From Nitrospirota bacterium (GTDB lineage: Bacteria; Nitrospirota; Thermodesulfovibrionia; Thermodesulfovibrionales; JdFR-86): a DNA stretch of 64,000 nucleotides. The stretch lies in assembly GCA_963721805.1 (NCBI GenBank), contig CAVRJY010000001.1, forward strand, positions 640,001 to 704,000. The letters run 5' to 3'. The translations under genes were made by a program, and so were the position numbers. Shown one piece after another: positions 19,239-29,722 of this stretch; the stretch's first letter is position 1, and the number at the start of each line of letters is the position of its first letter. The notes below the pieces were generated by a model. It was not told where the DNA came from, searched no databases, and saw only the letters and a program-made list of their open reading frames with translations.

Positions 19239-19469
19239 AAAGCGCTCCAAATCGCTTGATACGTCGTTGGGCATCAAAGACTCGCCCTCTATGTACGTCA
19301 CAGTACACCATCGGGCGGTCTTCTTGCCCTGCCTTGTCTGAAGCCGATTTGGGCGCGCTTTCGGGGGGAGAGGATAACGTAGCCCCCCGCGCCCCACAAG
19401 GTCAACGGCTTTGATTAATAGTAAGCGGCGACTCGTCGCCGCGAATAGGGAAGGGGGCCAGTCGGCCCC
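19239..19469 (+). repeat. 123-bp hairpin element copy 6 (core 19239-19361) plus tail and GGGGCCAGTCGGCCCC end
   Basis: Near-identical to copies 1 and 4. Confidence 0.95.
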
Positions 19470-19526
19470 AAAATCTGCTTTGATACCGGCCTGTTACAGC
19501 CCCTTTTTCGGGGCTGTTTTATTTTC

Positions 19527-19556
19527 TTGACATACCACAAGATCTTGTGGTTAAAT
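19527..19556 (+). promoter_or_regulatory. Promoter overlapped by NrdR-box-like palindrome
   Basis: TTGACA at 19527; perfect palindrome ACCACAAGATCTTGTGGT 19534-19551 upstream of a ribonucleotide reductase. Confidence 0.75.
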
Positions 19557-19630
19557 GATGCACTTTGAGGCTATGGACACAATCTGTGGCCCTTGCGCCG
19601 GTGGCGTTTCATGGTATTATATAAGGAGAG

Positions 19631-19822
19631 TTGGGGGCGATGGCGTACTGGAGGGAGAGCAGGCGCATGACGGATTGCAGGGGCGTGCAGGACTGGTTTT
19701 CCTGCATCAACTGCGAGAATATCTGCACCCCGCGTTGCCCGCTCGAGAGCGACGACGTGGTCGGCGAGCTTGCGATGCACCTGCGGGCCGCAGCCAACCT
19801 TCCGGGCCCGGAGCCCGAATAA
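19631..19822 (+). CDS. Small Cys-rich protein (CxxCxxxCxxxCP)
   Basis: AAGGAG RBS; CINCENICTPRCP; between NrdR box and nrdJ; alternative ATG at 19640. Confidence 0.55.
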   Translation: MGAMAYWRESRRMTDCRGVQDWFSCINCENICTPRCPLESDDVVGELAMHLRAAANLPGPEPE

Positions 19823-19871
19823 GCGATCAGATGAAGCAAAGTTTTTTTATATTCCATAAGGGGGATTCATA

Positions 19872-22175
19872 ATGGATTCAGTTACCAGAGGCAGCGGTGC
19901 ATTGGCGTTGAGCCCGAACTCACTAAAGGTCCTCGAGAAACGCTACCTCGCCAAGGACGAAAACGGCGCGCACACAGAGACGCCGGAGCAGCTGTTCGAG
20001 CGCGTGGCCGGGAGCATCGCCGCGGCCGACGCCAACTACGGTGGCGCGCCCGAGCAGGTCCGCGAGACCGCCCGCGCGTTCTACGATATGATGACCTCGC
20101 TTGAGTTCCTGCCGAACAGTCCGACTTTAATGAACGCCGGGCGCAAGCTTGGGCAGCTGAGCGCGTGCTTCGTGCTTCCTGTCGGCGACTCGATGGAGTC
20201 GATCTTCGACGCGGTCAAAAACGCCGCTATCATACACAAGTCCGGCGGCGGTACGGGGTTCAGTTTCTCGCGCCTGCGTCCCTCCGGGGACGTCGTAGGT
20301 TCGACCAAGGGCATCTCGTCCGGGCCGATATCGTTCATGACCGTGTTTGACACCGCGACCGAGGCCGTAAAGCAGGGCGGCACGCGCCGCGGCGCGAACA
20401 TGGGGATGCTCTCGGTCGACCACCCGGACATCATCAACTTCATCAAGTGCAAGCAGGAGAACAAGAAGCTCAATAACTTCAATATCTCGGTCGCGCTCAC
20501 GGACGAGTTCATGAGGGCCGTGGAGCAGGACGGCGAGTACGCGCTCAGAAACCCGCGCACAGGACAGGTCACGGCCCGCCCGAAGGCGCGCGAGGTCTTC
20601 AACCTCATAGTCGAGAACGCCTGGAAAAACGGCGAGCCGGGCATCGTGTTCATAGACCGCATAAACAGCTCAAACCCGACGCCGGAGCTCGGCGCGATAG
20701 AGTCTACGAACCCCTGCGGCGAGCAGCCGCTGCTGCCGTTTGAGTCATGCAACCTGGGCTCGATCAACCTCTCGCGCATGCTCACGCGGCGCGAGGACGG
20801 CACCTGGGAGATCGACTGGCCGACGCTGAAGCGCACCACGCACGAGGCCGTGCACTTCCTCGATAACGTGATCGACGTAAACAAGTATCCGCTGGACAGC
20901 ATCTCTGAGATCACGCGTGCCAACCGCAAGATCGGCCTCGGCGTAATGGGCTGGGCGGACATGCTCATCATGCTAGGCGTGCCTTACAACTCGGCCGAGG
21001 CGGTGCGCGTCGCCGAGGACGTGATGGGCTTTATCCAGCGCGAGGGCCGCGAGGCCACTATAGCGCTTACGAAGGAGCGTGGCGCGTTCCCGAACTTTGC
21101 GCATAGCGTATACGCAGCCAGCAAAAAGCGCGTGCGCAACGCCACGGTCACGACCATAGCCCCCACCGGGACGCTCTCGATCATCGCCAACTGCTCGTCC
21201 GGCGTCGAGCCGCTGTTTGCGGTCAGCTACGTGCGCACCGTGATGGAGGGGACGAAGCTCATCGAGGTGCACCCGCTGTTTGAGGAGGTCGCGAAGAAGC
21301 GCGGCTTCTGGAGCCGCGAGCTCATGGAGCAGATCGCGGAGAGCGGGAGCATACACGAGTTCGAGGAGATCCCGGAGGACGTAAAGCGGCTGTTCGTCAC
21401 CGCGCACGATATCACGCCGGTGGAGCACGTGAGCATGCAGGCCGCTTTCCAGCGGTTCGTCGACAACGCGGTATCGAAGACCGTGAACTTCGCCAATTCC
21501 GCCACTCCGAAGGACGTCGAGGACGTCTACCTGCTTGCGTACCGCATGGGCTGCAAGGGGCTGACCGTGTACCGCGACGGCTCGCGCGACGAGCAGGTGC
21601 TCTCGACCGGAAGCTCGGGCAAGAACGCGACGCCCGCGGAGCAGGAGGCCGAGCAGGGCCGAGGCAAGATCACGCCCAGAAAGAGGCCGGACGTACTGAT
21701 CGGCTCGACCCGGCGGATGAAGACCGGCTGCGGCAATATCTATATCACCATAAACGAGGACGAGGACGGCAACGTGTTTGAGGTCTTCACCTCGATGGGC
21801 AAGAGCGGCGGGTGCGCATCGAGCCAGGCCGAGGCGATGGGCAGGCTTATATCGCTGGGGCTACGCTCGAACCTCGCGCCTGAGGAGATCGTCAAGCAGC
21901 TAAAGGGCGTATCGTGCCACCAGCCTTCGTGGCAGAGCGGCGGCAGGATTCTGTCGTGCGCGGACGCGATAGCGAAGTGCCTCGAGCAATACTCACCCAT
22001 CGCGCGGCAGGCCGCGATAGAGCGCAAGGCCAAGGCAGGGGCGAGCGGCGGCGGCATCTCGAAGCCCTCGGACGAGATCATGCTCATCGGCATGTGCCCG
22101 GAGTGCGGCGGCACGGTCGAACACGAAGGCGGCTGTGCAGTCTGCCACAACTGCGGATTCACCAAGTGTGGATAG
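19872..22175 (+). CDS. nrdJ: Class II (adenosylcobalamin) ribonucleotide reductase with C-terminal TSCPD and Zn-ribbon-like domains
   Basis: PNSPTLMN, SACF, RRGANM, TNPCGEQ, TIAPTGT, VSKTVN, SCADA, CPECG..EGGC..C..CGFTKC. Confidence 0.95.
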   Translation: MDSVTRGSGALALSPNSLKVLEKRYLAKDENGAHTETPEQLFERVAGSIAAADANYGGAPEQVRETARAFYDMMTSLEFLPNSPTLMNAGRKLGQLSACFVLPVGDSMESIFDAVKNAAIIHKSGGGTGFSFSRLRPSGDVVGSTKGISSGPISFMTVFDTATEAVKQGGTRRGANMGMLSVDHPDIINFIKCKQENKKLNNFNISVALTDEFMRAVEQDGEYALRNPRTGQVTARPKAREVFNLIVENAWKNGEPGIVFIDRINSSNPTPELGAIESTNPCGEQPLLPFESCNLGSINLSRMLTRREDGTWEIDWPTLKRTTHEAVHFLDNVIDVNKYPLDSISEITRANRKIGLGVMGWADMLIMLGVPYNSAEAVRVAEDVMGFIQREGREATIALTKERGAFPNFAHSVYAASKKRVRNATVTTIAPTGTLSIIANCSSGVEPLFAVSYVRTVMEGTKLIEVHPLFEEVAKKRGFWSRELMEQIAESGSIHEFEEIPEDVKRLFVTAHDITPVEHVSMQAAFQRFVDNAVSKTVNFANSATPKDVEDVYLLAYRMGCKGLTVYRDGSRDEQVLSTGSSGKNATPAEQEAEQGRGKITPRKRPDVLIGSTRRMKTGCGNIYITINEDEDGNVFEVFTSMGKSGGCASSQAEAMGRLISLGLRSNLAPEEIVKQLKGVSCHQPSWQSGGRILSCADAIAKCLEQYSPIARQAAIERKAKAGASGGGISKPSDEIMLIGMCPECGGTVEHEGGCAVCHNCGFTKCG

Positions 22176-22185
22176 GGTGAGGGTG

Positions 22186-22360
22186 AAAGCGCCCCAAATC
22201 GCTTGATACTGCGTCAGGGCTCGCGGCCTCGTGCTCAACGTATGTACGGATACGCCTCCGCGCGGTCCGTTCGCCCTTCCTTATCTGAAGACGATTTGGT
22301 TGCGCTTTGCGGGGTTGGTCACGGCTCCGCCGCTGGCCCCCGCACCCCGTGGTCAACGGC
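22186..22360 (+). repeat. 123-bp hairpin element copy 7 (core 22186-22308), divergent subtype
   Basis: Same termini and length; inner stems CGTA/TACG, CGTGC/GCGCG; tail GGTCAACGGC. Confidence 0.9.
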
Positions 22361-22435
22361 TTAATTTGATAGCTGCTTTGGTGGGACGTTACATAGGCTA
22401 GATGCGCGAAAGATAAAGAAAGGCGGTATACAGGC

Positions 22436-22582
22436 ATGGCGAACGAAAAGACATCTAAAGCCGTCGCTTCTAAAGCGGCAAAGGCACTTAAAGACCCTAG
22501 CAAATCGACTAATAAGGAGATTCAGTCGATCTCAGGTTCCGCTCTTACTCAGGCGACAGACAAAAAGAAAAAGAAAAAGTAG
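22436..22582 (+). CDS. Small basic hypothetical protein (48 aa)
   Basis: MANEKTSKAVASKAAKALKDP...GSALTQATDKKKKKK; AGGCGG RBS-like; followed by hairpin. Confidence 0.6.
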   Translation: MANEKTSKAVASKAAKALKDPSKSTNKEIQSISGSALTQATDKKKKKK

Positions 22583-22670
22583 TAAAGCGCAAGAGTGATA
22601 TCAAGCCTGGCGGTGAGAGACATCCCGCCAGGTTACTATAATTACAAACTTTGTATTACGAGGTGATCTG

Positions 22671-23483
22671 ATGCTAAGTAAGTTTTATAAAGAAATGAAT
22701 ATAGAGATCTCAATTCAGGAAGAACAAAATAGATTTGTACAAAGAATAAACCAGAGCATTTTTGATTATTTCAAAAAGAATCCTTATTATGAAGAGATCT
22801 TTAGGGGCGTATGCTTTGGTTTAGGAATCAATGCTGATGATCAAATCAGCATTGGTATTGAAAGACTAATTTTCCCGCATTTCCGAGAACTAACTAAAGA
22901 CGATTTCATTAGAACACAAGAACTAATTGTTGTAATTCATAATTATTGTCAAAATAAGAATGTGGGAATTACTAATTATATCAATCATACTGTGAATGTT
23001 GCGCTATCTTTATCAACCTGTGATTTGGGTGTTAGGTGGAGTGAGGGCATGTTTTACAGAAGCGGCGATGAGACGCTTGATAGAACTCTTATCGAGGAAT
23101 CACGATCATGGTTAAAAGGCTATCCCGAAGCTAGCCAATCTTTTGATCTCGCTTTAAAACATTACGCCTCTAAACAATACGGTGATGCCATGACAAATTC
23201 ATTTAGCGCTCTTGAAAGCCTTGCGAAAACATATATAGGCAAGGACAGAACTTTAGATAATTTAGCAGAGGAATTAGTAAAGAAGTTACAGTTGAACGGA
23301 GACTTGGGAGCAGTAGTAAAACATTACTGCAAAATAGCACATGGGATGTCATCACGGCATGGAAAACGAGATGCTAATAATGAAAAGATTGAATTACCGG
23401 AGGACTTGGTTGAATTCTACATATACTTCACTGGAACATTTCTGCGCCTTATTGCTCAGAAGATAGCAGTTTCACGGGAATAA
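22671..23483 (+). CDS. AT-rich protein, AbiJ/abortive-infection C-terminal (HEPN-like) candidate
   Basis: Y.DA...S..ALES..K, TL..L, RHG pattern; GAGGTG RBS; low GC. Confidence 0.55.
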   Translation: MLSKFYKEMNIEISIQEEQNRFVQRINQSIFDYFKKNPYYEEIFRGVCFGLGINADDQISIGIERLIFPHFRELTKDDFIRTQELIVVIHNYCQNKNVGITNYINHTVNVALSLSTCDLGVRWSEGMFYRSGDETLDRTLIEESRSWLKGYPEASQSFDLALKHYASKQYGDAMTNSFSALESLAKTYIGKDRTLDNLAEELVKKLQLNGDLGAVVKHYCKIAHGMSSRHGKRDANNEKIELPEDLVEFYIYFTGTFLRLIAQKIAVSRE

Positions 23484-23567
23484 AGCGTATAGGTGACTAT
23501 TCTATTTATCTATAAGTGTTGCACTTAGATTTTATGCTAAAGTAAAAAGTACGAAGGAGGGCAGCGC

Positions 23568-23759
23568 ATGCCTACCGTAGACACCGAAGAACTGAGGAGC
23601 ATAATAAAGCAGTCCGTCAAGGAGGCCATTGACGAGGAGTTCGCCAAGGTGCGGCTGATGCTGTCGCCGGACGTCTCGGAACGAGAGATGGCCGACATCA
23701 GCGCGCGCTACGGAAAGCCCGAAAAGAAGCGCGTCCGCATAGAAAAACTCGTCCTGTGA
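23568..23759 (+). CDS. Antitoxin of type II TA pair
   Basis: 63 aa, AGGAGG RBS, GTGA overlap with downstream toxin. Confidence 0.7.
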   Translation: MPTVDTEELRSIIKQSVKEAIDEEFAKVRLMLSPDVSEREMADISARYGKPEKKRVRIEKLVL

Positions 23760-24022
23760 GCTGGACGGTCGAGTACTCAAAGCGCGCCGACAACTTCATC
23801 GGAGAGCAAGGCGTCGAGGAAGAGATTCGTGATGCCCTCCGTGACTTCGTGCGCAAGCTCACCGGATTGAACGTCAACATCTCGGTCAAGAAACTAAAGG
23901 GTGACTGGGCGGGACATTATCGCATCCGTAAAGGCAAAATCAGGGTCATCTTCAGGGTCAACACCGAGTCCAAAATCCTTTTCGTCGACGTGGTCGATTT
24001 CAGGGGCAACGTCTACAAATAG
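23756..24022 (+). CDS. RelE/ParE-family toxin
   Basis: W.VEYSKRA, KKLKG.W.GHYRIRKGKIRVIF, FRGNVYK. Confidence 0.88.
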   Translation: MSWTVEYSKRADNFIGEQGVEEEIRDALRDFVRKLTGLNVNISVKKLKGDWAGHYRIRKGKIRVIFRVNTESKILFVDVVDFRGNVYK

Positions 24023-24091
24023 TCTACGCCCAGCGGCTTGGGTGTCTTTAGAATAGTGCCCGAAGCGCCCCCTCCCATACCACATCTCCCC

Positions 24092-24147
24092 GGAACTGGT
24101 CAATAGGAACTGGTTCCTAGGAACCAGTTCCCAGGAATCGGTTCCCA
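24092..24147 (+). repeat. Four tandem 14-bp units, each with a GGAACYRGTTCC-like palindrome
   Basis: GGAACTGGTCAATA GGAACTGGTTCCTA GGAACCAGTTCCCA GGAATCGGTTCCCA. Confidence 0.9.
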
Positions 24148-24182
24148 TGGACGCGTTCCGCTTTTCCGTTCTATCATCGCGC

Positions 24183-24566
24183 ATGAAAAAGACAGATGCA
24201 GTAAAGAGAGACATGGCAAGGGCGATGGTGGAGGCGGGACTCTCGTACCGCGAGGTCGCGGACAAGCTCGATATAAGCATCGGGACGGTGCACAACATCG
24301 TCGTGGACAGGGCCGACGACCCGACACCGCTTGCGCGCGGCTTGCGGAGGAAGTTCAGCGCGCGGTGCATGCTGATGGCTGACGAGATGCTTGAGCAGAT
24401 ACGGAGCTACAAGATAACCACCTCCCCGCTCCAGCAGGTGATAGTCTCGATAGCGATACTGCTGGACAAGGCCGCCGCGCTCGAAAAGGAGCAGACGCCG
24501 CATGAGAAACCATCCGATCCAGATGAAAACGTTTCTGAACGCCTAAACACCGGGGACGAGAAATAG
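24183..24566 (+). CDS. Small HTH protein
   Basis: GLSYREVADKLDISIGTVHNI helix-turn-helix; TATCAT 5 nt upstream of ATG. Confidence 0.75.
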   Translation: MKKTDAVKRDMARAMVEAGLSYREVADKLDISIGTVHNIVVDRADDPTPLARGLRRKFSARCMLMADEMLEQIRSYKITTSPLQQVIVSIAILLDKAAALEKEQTPHEKPSDPDENVSERLNTGDEK

Positions 24567-24663
24567 CGATGAAATCCGCGAGGTTGAGATGCGTTTTGTT
24601 TTTTCATTTGAACGCCCTAAAAAAATACGCGCGGCCGCGCGCGATAACTATGTATATAACTAA

Positions 24664-24835
24664 GCCGTTGACCTTGTGGGGCGCGGGGGGCGTCCTTCGT
24701 CCGTGCCCCCCGAAAGCGCGCCCAAATCGTCTTCAGACAAGGCAGGGCGAGAAGACCGCCCGATGGTGTACTGTGACGTACATGGAGGGCGAGTCTTTGA
24801 AGCCCAACGCAGTATCAAGCGATTTGGAGCGCTTT
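24664..24835 (-). repeat. 123-bp hairpin element copy 8 (core 24713-24835), inverted relative to copy 7
   Basis: Reverse complement matches copy 4. Confidence 0.95.
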
Positions 24836-24849
24836 CAAAAAGGCCCCAT

Positions 24850-24883
24850 AAAAAAAGGGGAGGCCGGTTGGCCTCCCCTTTTT
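24850..24883. terminator. Bidirectional Rho-independent terminator
   Basis: AAAAAAAGGGGAGGCC-GGTT-GGCCTCCCCTTTTT. Confidence 0.85.
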
Positions 24884-24895
24884 AAAGTACAAAGG

Positions 24896-26237
24896 TTAGT
24901 CGAGGTCCATGTCCTGCATCGGCTTGATGAACTTGAAGTACACCATAGTCCAGTTGCCCAGTATGATCGCGATCGTAGCGACTATCGAGCCGATCGAGAG
25001 CGAGGCCACGCCGGTGATGCCCTGTCCCATGTTGCAGCCGCCGGCGATCTGAGCGCCGACGCCCATCATCAGGCTGCCCATGAATACCGTGACAAGCTCC
25101 TTGCCGTTCGGGGCCTTCCAGACGAACTCCTTAAGCTCCCTTGCGCTCATGGAACGCGCCGAGCGGCACGCCGATGATGAAGAAGACCGGCCAGGTAACG
25201 AGCATGTTCCAGAGCTTGTAGCCCACGAACGGGGGCTGCGGCTGCGCGCTCGCGGTCGTGATCGTGAGGAAGAGGTCACGAGACGGGGTCGTGAAGGTCA
25301 GGCCCGAGGCTACGCCGCCGAACTTCTGCGAGGCCCAGAAGGCCGCTATCGCGATGATGCCGAGCATCACGCCGGTGGCGGACCAGAAGTAGCCCTTGGA
25401 CTTGGTGAACGCGAAGGGCTTGCCCTTGTATACGAAGATCAGGCCGGCGATCACGCATACCGCGATCACGCCCCACTTGACGGCCATGCCCTGGTGCGGG
25501 TCGATGACGTTAAAGAGCGTCGGCGCGAGCGAGACCGGGTCGCCGTCGGCGTCCACGGACGATACGTTCAGGATGCGGATGCCGCGCAGCAGCTTGTAGA
25601 ACGGCTGGAACATCCCGTGCGACATCGAGGAGATGCCGAGGAAGAACCCGAGGATCGCGACGAACGAGGCCATCTGGCCCTCGCCGGCGCGGTACCAGAT
25701 GCCCGAGCCGCAGCCTCCGGCGAGCACTATGCCCAGGCCGAAGACGAACCCGCCCAGGATGTCGGCGATGAACCAGAAGGGCTGCGGGACCATGTGGATA
25801 TAGCCCATGTCGTTAAGGACGTTGGCGCCGACTATCGCGATGACGAGCGCGAGGATGTAGGCGCGCATGTAAGTGAGGTCCTGGATGAAGATGGCGTCGC
25901 GGAATGCGGAGTTCATGCAGAACCTGCCGCGCTGCAGGACCCATCCTATCGCTCCGCCGATCAGCAGGCCGGAGAGGACGAAACCGAGCGTGACCGGCGG
26001 GACGGCCGGCTCCTCGTCATCGGCCGGGGCCTCAGCCGCGACATCGGGAGCTGCAGGTGCTGCCGGAGCCTGTGCGGCCTCTGGAGCCGCCGGTGCCGCT
26101 TCGGTCGCTGCCGGTGCAGATGCGGCTTCCTGTTTCGTGCCGGCGTCGCCGGTATCGGCGGCCAGCGCGCAGAGCGGGAGCATGCAAAGCAACAGAGCGA
26201 GCATGAGCCCGAAAATAACCTTAAAACCTTTGTCCAT
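24896..26237 (-). CDS. YeeE/YedE (TsuA-like) sulfur-compound transporter with N-terminal extension; apparent +1 frameshift near 25151
   Basis: QRGRFCM, GGCGSG, AGGCNMG; removing one C joins ORFs 25131-26282 and 24896-25279. Confidence 0.85.
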
Positions 26238-26393
26238 GAAATTCCCCTCCTGATATGTTGTCCTGATAAATTGGATGCGCAACTGCCTCCCCTAAGAGTT
26301 TGTTACATTAGCATCGGGGGCGCGTTTTTGTCAATGTTTTTACGGTGCGCAAACGCAATAAAAGCGCCCCGATCATGCAGGGCCTGCCGGCTG

Positions 26394-26866
26394 TCAGGGC
26401 AGTATGACGTCAGGCTCGGTAACGGCCGGCTGGCTGATGTCCGGCGGCGTACCCGTGGGCTGGGTGACGGGCGGCTGTGTAACGACAGGCGGGGTGACCG
26501 CGGGCTCGGTGACGACCGGCTGGGTGGGAGTGGGCTCGGTGACGGCCGGCGGGGTGATGGCAGGCTCGGTGACGACCGGCTGGGTGATGGTAGGCTCGGT
26601 CACGACCGGCTGTGTGATCGTAGGCTGGGTAACGACCGGCTGATCGATAGTTGGCTGGTTGATGGTCGGCTGATTGATCGTCGGCTGGTTGATCGTCGGC
26701 TGGACGATGGTCGGCTGGCTGATCGTAGGCTGGTTGATCGTAGGGCGGTTGATCGCCGGCGGCTGATCGACGGGAGGTTGACGGCGAACTGCGTGTCGGC
26801 CGCCGGGTTCGACGCAAAGCAAGGCGTGGATATGCAGCATAGGACTGTGATCGCCATGAGCCTCAT
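26394..26866 (-). CDS. Secreted pentapeptide-repeat (QPTIN/QPVVT/EPAIT) protein; apparent -1 frameshift near 26758
   Basis: AGGAGG RBS and signal peptide MRLMAITVLCCISTPCFA in one frame; >20 five-residue repeats in the next. Confidence 0.7.
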
Positions 26867-26984
26867 TGTCAGCCCTCCTCTGAGCTTATTTTATCACGGT
26901 GAGTGCCAGGGTTTAAATAAGAACCGGGCCCCCATCTCTGGGGGCCCGTCGTATGCGCGAATCTGTGCGAGGCGTTTTCGCGGC

Positions 26985-28397
<1,413 letters not shown>

Positions 28398-28448
28398 GCC
28401 ATCCTCCTTAAAGTGAATGAGTCTCAATTTTTAACGGACGACGATACG

Positions 28449-29127
28449 TCATCCGAAGAATCTCGAATAAAACCTCTCGGCCCGCGCCCTGCACCCGGCA
28501 TAGGCTTTTGCGGTCGCATCCATGATGCTCGCATGGTCCGGCCGTCCCTTAAACCACCGCTCTACGATCCCGGGCGTCACCTCTATATGAAACTGGAGCG
28601 CATAGCAGCCGCCCCCGTGCACGAACGCCTGGTTTGGGTACTCCGCCGACGACGCGAGTCTCACCGCGCCTGGCGGCAGGTCGAACGTGTCGCCGTGCCA
28701 CTGGAGCACCGTGAAATTCAGGGCTCTCGTAACCCTCGGTGAGCGCGCCGAAGGCCGAGTCACTCCGGCCTTCCCCGGTGGAAGTGACCGAAAGCCAACC
28801 GGCCTCCTCGCCATGGCCCTTGTATACCCTTGCGCCGAGCGCGTGCGCGAGCATCTGCGCGCCGAGGCAAACGCCCAGAACCTTCAAACCCTTGGCCGAA
28901 GCCTCCTGCATCAGCCTGATTCCCTCGCGCATGTGCGGGTGGCGGTCCAGCTCATATACCCCCATCGGGCCGCCGAGCACAACGAGTGTATCATACCCGT
29001 CAAGCGAAGTCGAGGCAGTGACCTGCTCCGCCTCGAGGACCTTATACCTAAGCCCGTGCGCGTCGAGGTGCTCGGCGATTGTGCCGGGGCCTTCGGAGGC
29101 TATGTTCTTCAGTATCAGGACGGGCAT
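28449..29127 (-). CDS. Class I glutamine amidotransferase; apparent +1 frameshift near 28715
   Basis: LGGPMG, GVCLGAQ in one frame; QWHGDTF, LQFHIE in the other. Confidence 0.85.
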
Positions 29128-29167
29128 ATGGTTCCTTTTCGTCGGCAACCGATTGCCGACGAGCAGT

Positions 29168-29197
29168 ATTATACTAATTCTGGTAAGTTTTTGTCAA
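29168..29197 (-). promoter_or_regulatory. Consensus sigma70 promoter for GATase(-glnA)
   Basis: TTGACA-18 nt-TATAAT on minus strand. Confidence 0.75.
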
Positions 29198-29203
29198 GGG
29201 ATG

Positions 29204-29362
29204 AAAGCGCGCGAAATCGCTTGATACCGCGTCACGACTCGCAGCCTCGTCCTCAACGTACGTCACAGTACGCCTCCGGGCGGTCTGCTCGTCGTTCCTT
29301 GTCTGAAGTCGATTTCTCGCGCTTTATGTTTCCCCTGCATGATCGTGCGAGCGGTCAACGGC
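29204..29362 (+). repeat. Hairpin element copy 9 (core 29204-29325, 122 bp), divergent subtype
   Basis: Termini AAAGCGCGCGAAATCG/CGATTTCTCGCGCTTT; inner CGTAC/GTACG. Confidence 0.9.
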
Positions 29363-29722
29363 TTAGTTAGACCCGCGCCCGGTGCCTTAGTTATATACAT
29401 ACTTATCGCGCGCGGCCGCGCGTATTTTTTTTTAGAGCGTTCAAATGAACCGAGAAAAAACAGTCCAACCATGCGGAAAATAAGCGCTTTCTCCGCATCT
29501 CCGTGTTTAGGCGTTCAGAAACGTTTTTCGCGCACTCAAAAGAATTTTGCGCGATATATTGAGTGAGTGGTTTTTCATGCGCCCTAACGATCTCCGGCCT
29601 CGCTAATATAATCTGTCTGTATATCATGCGCGATGATAGAACGGACAGGCGGAACGCGTCAATGGGAACTGGTTCCTGGGAACCAGTTCCTAGGAACCAG
29701 TTCCTAGGAGTCAGTTCCGGGG
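29363..29722 (-). mobile_element. Internally deleted homologue of the 24070-24835 extended element (14-bp array, promoter, no HTH ORF)
   Basis: Shares AAAACGTTTCTGAACGCCTAAACAC, AAAAAATACGCGCGGCCGCGCGCGATAA.TATGTATATAACTAAG and the GGAACYRGTTCC array (29665-29720). Confidence 0.8.

Noticed and set aside
19560..19870. Cobalamin riboswitch upstream of B12-dependent nrdJ
   Set aside because: No B12-box or GGGAA..GGTG core motifs visible.
23516..23532. GTGTTGCACTT resembling the IS30 end
   Set aside because: Only ~11 bp match, with no partner end or transposase remnant; more likely a promoter -35 region for the TA pair.
24092..24147. Tandem palindromic units as a CRISPR array
   Set aside because: Units are 14 bp and contiguous, with no unique spacers and no cas genes in the window.
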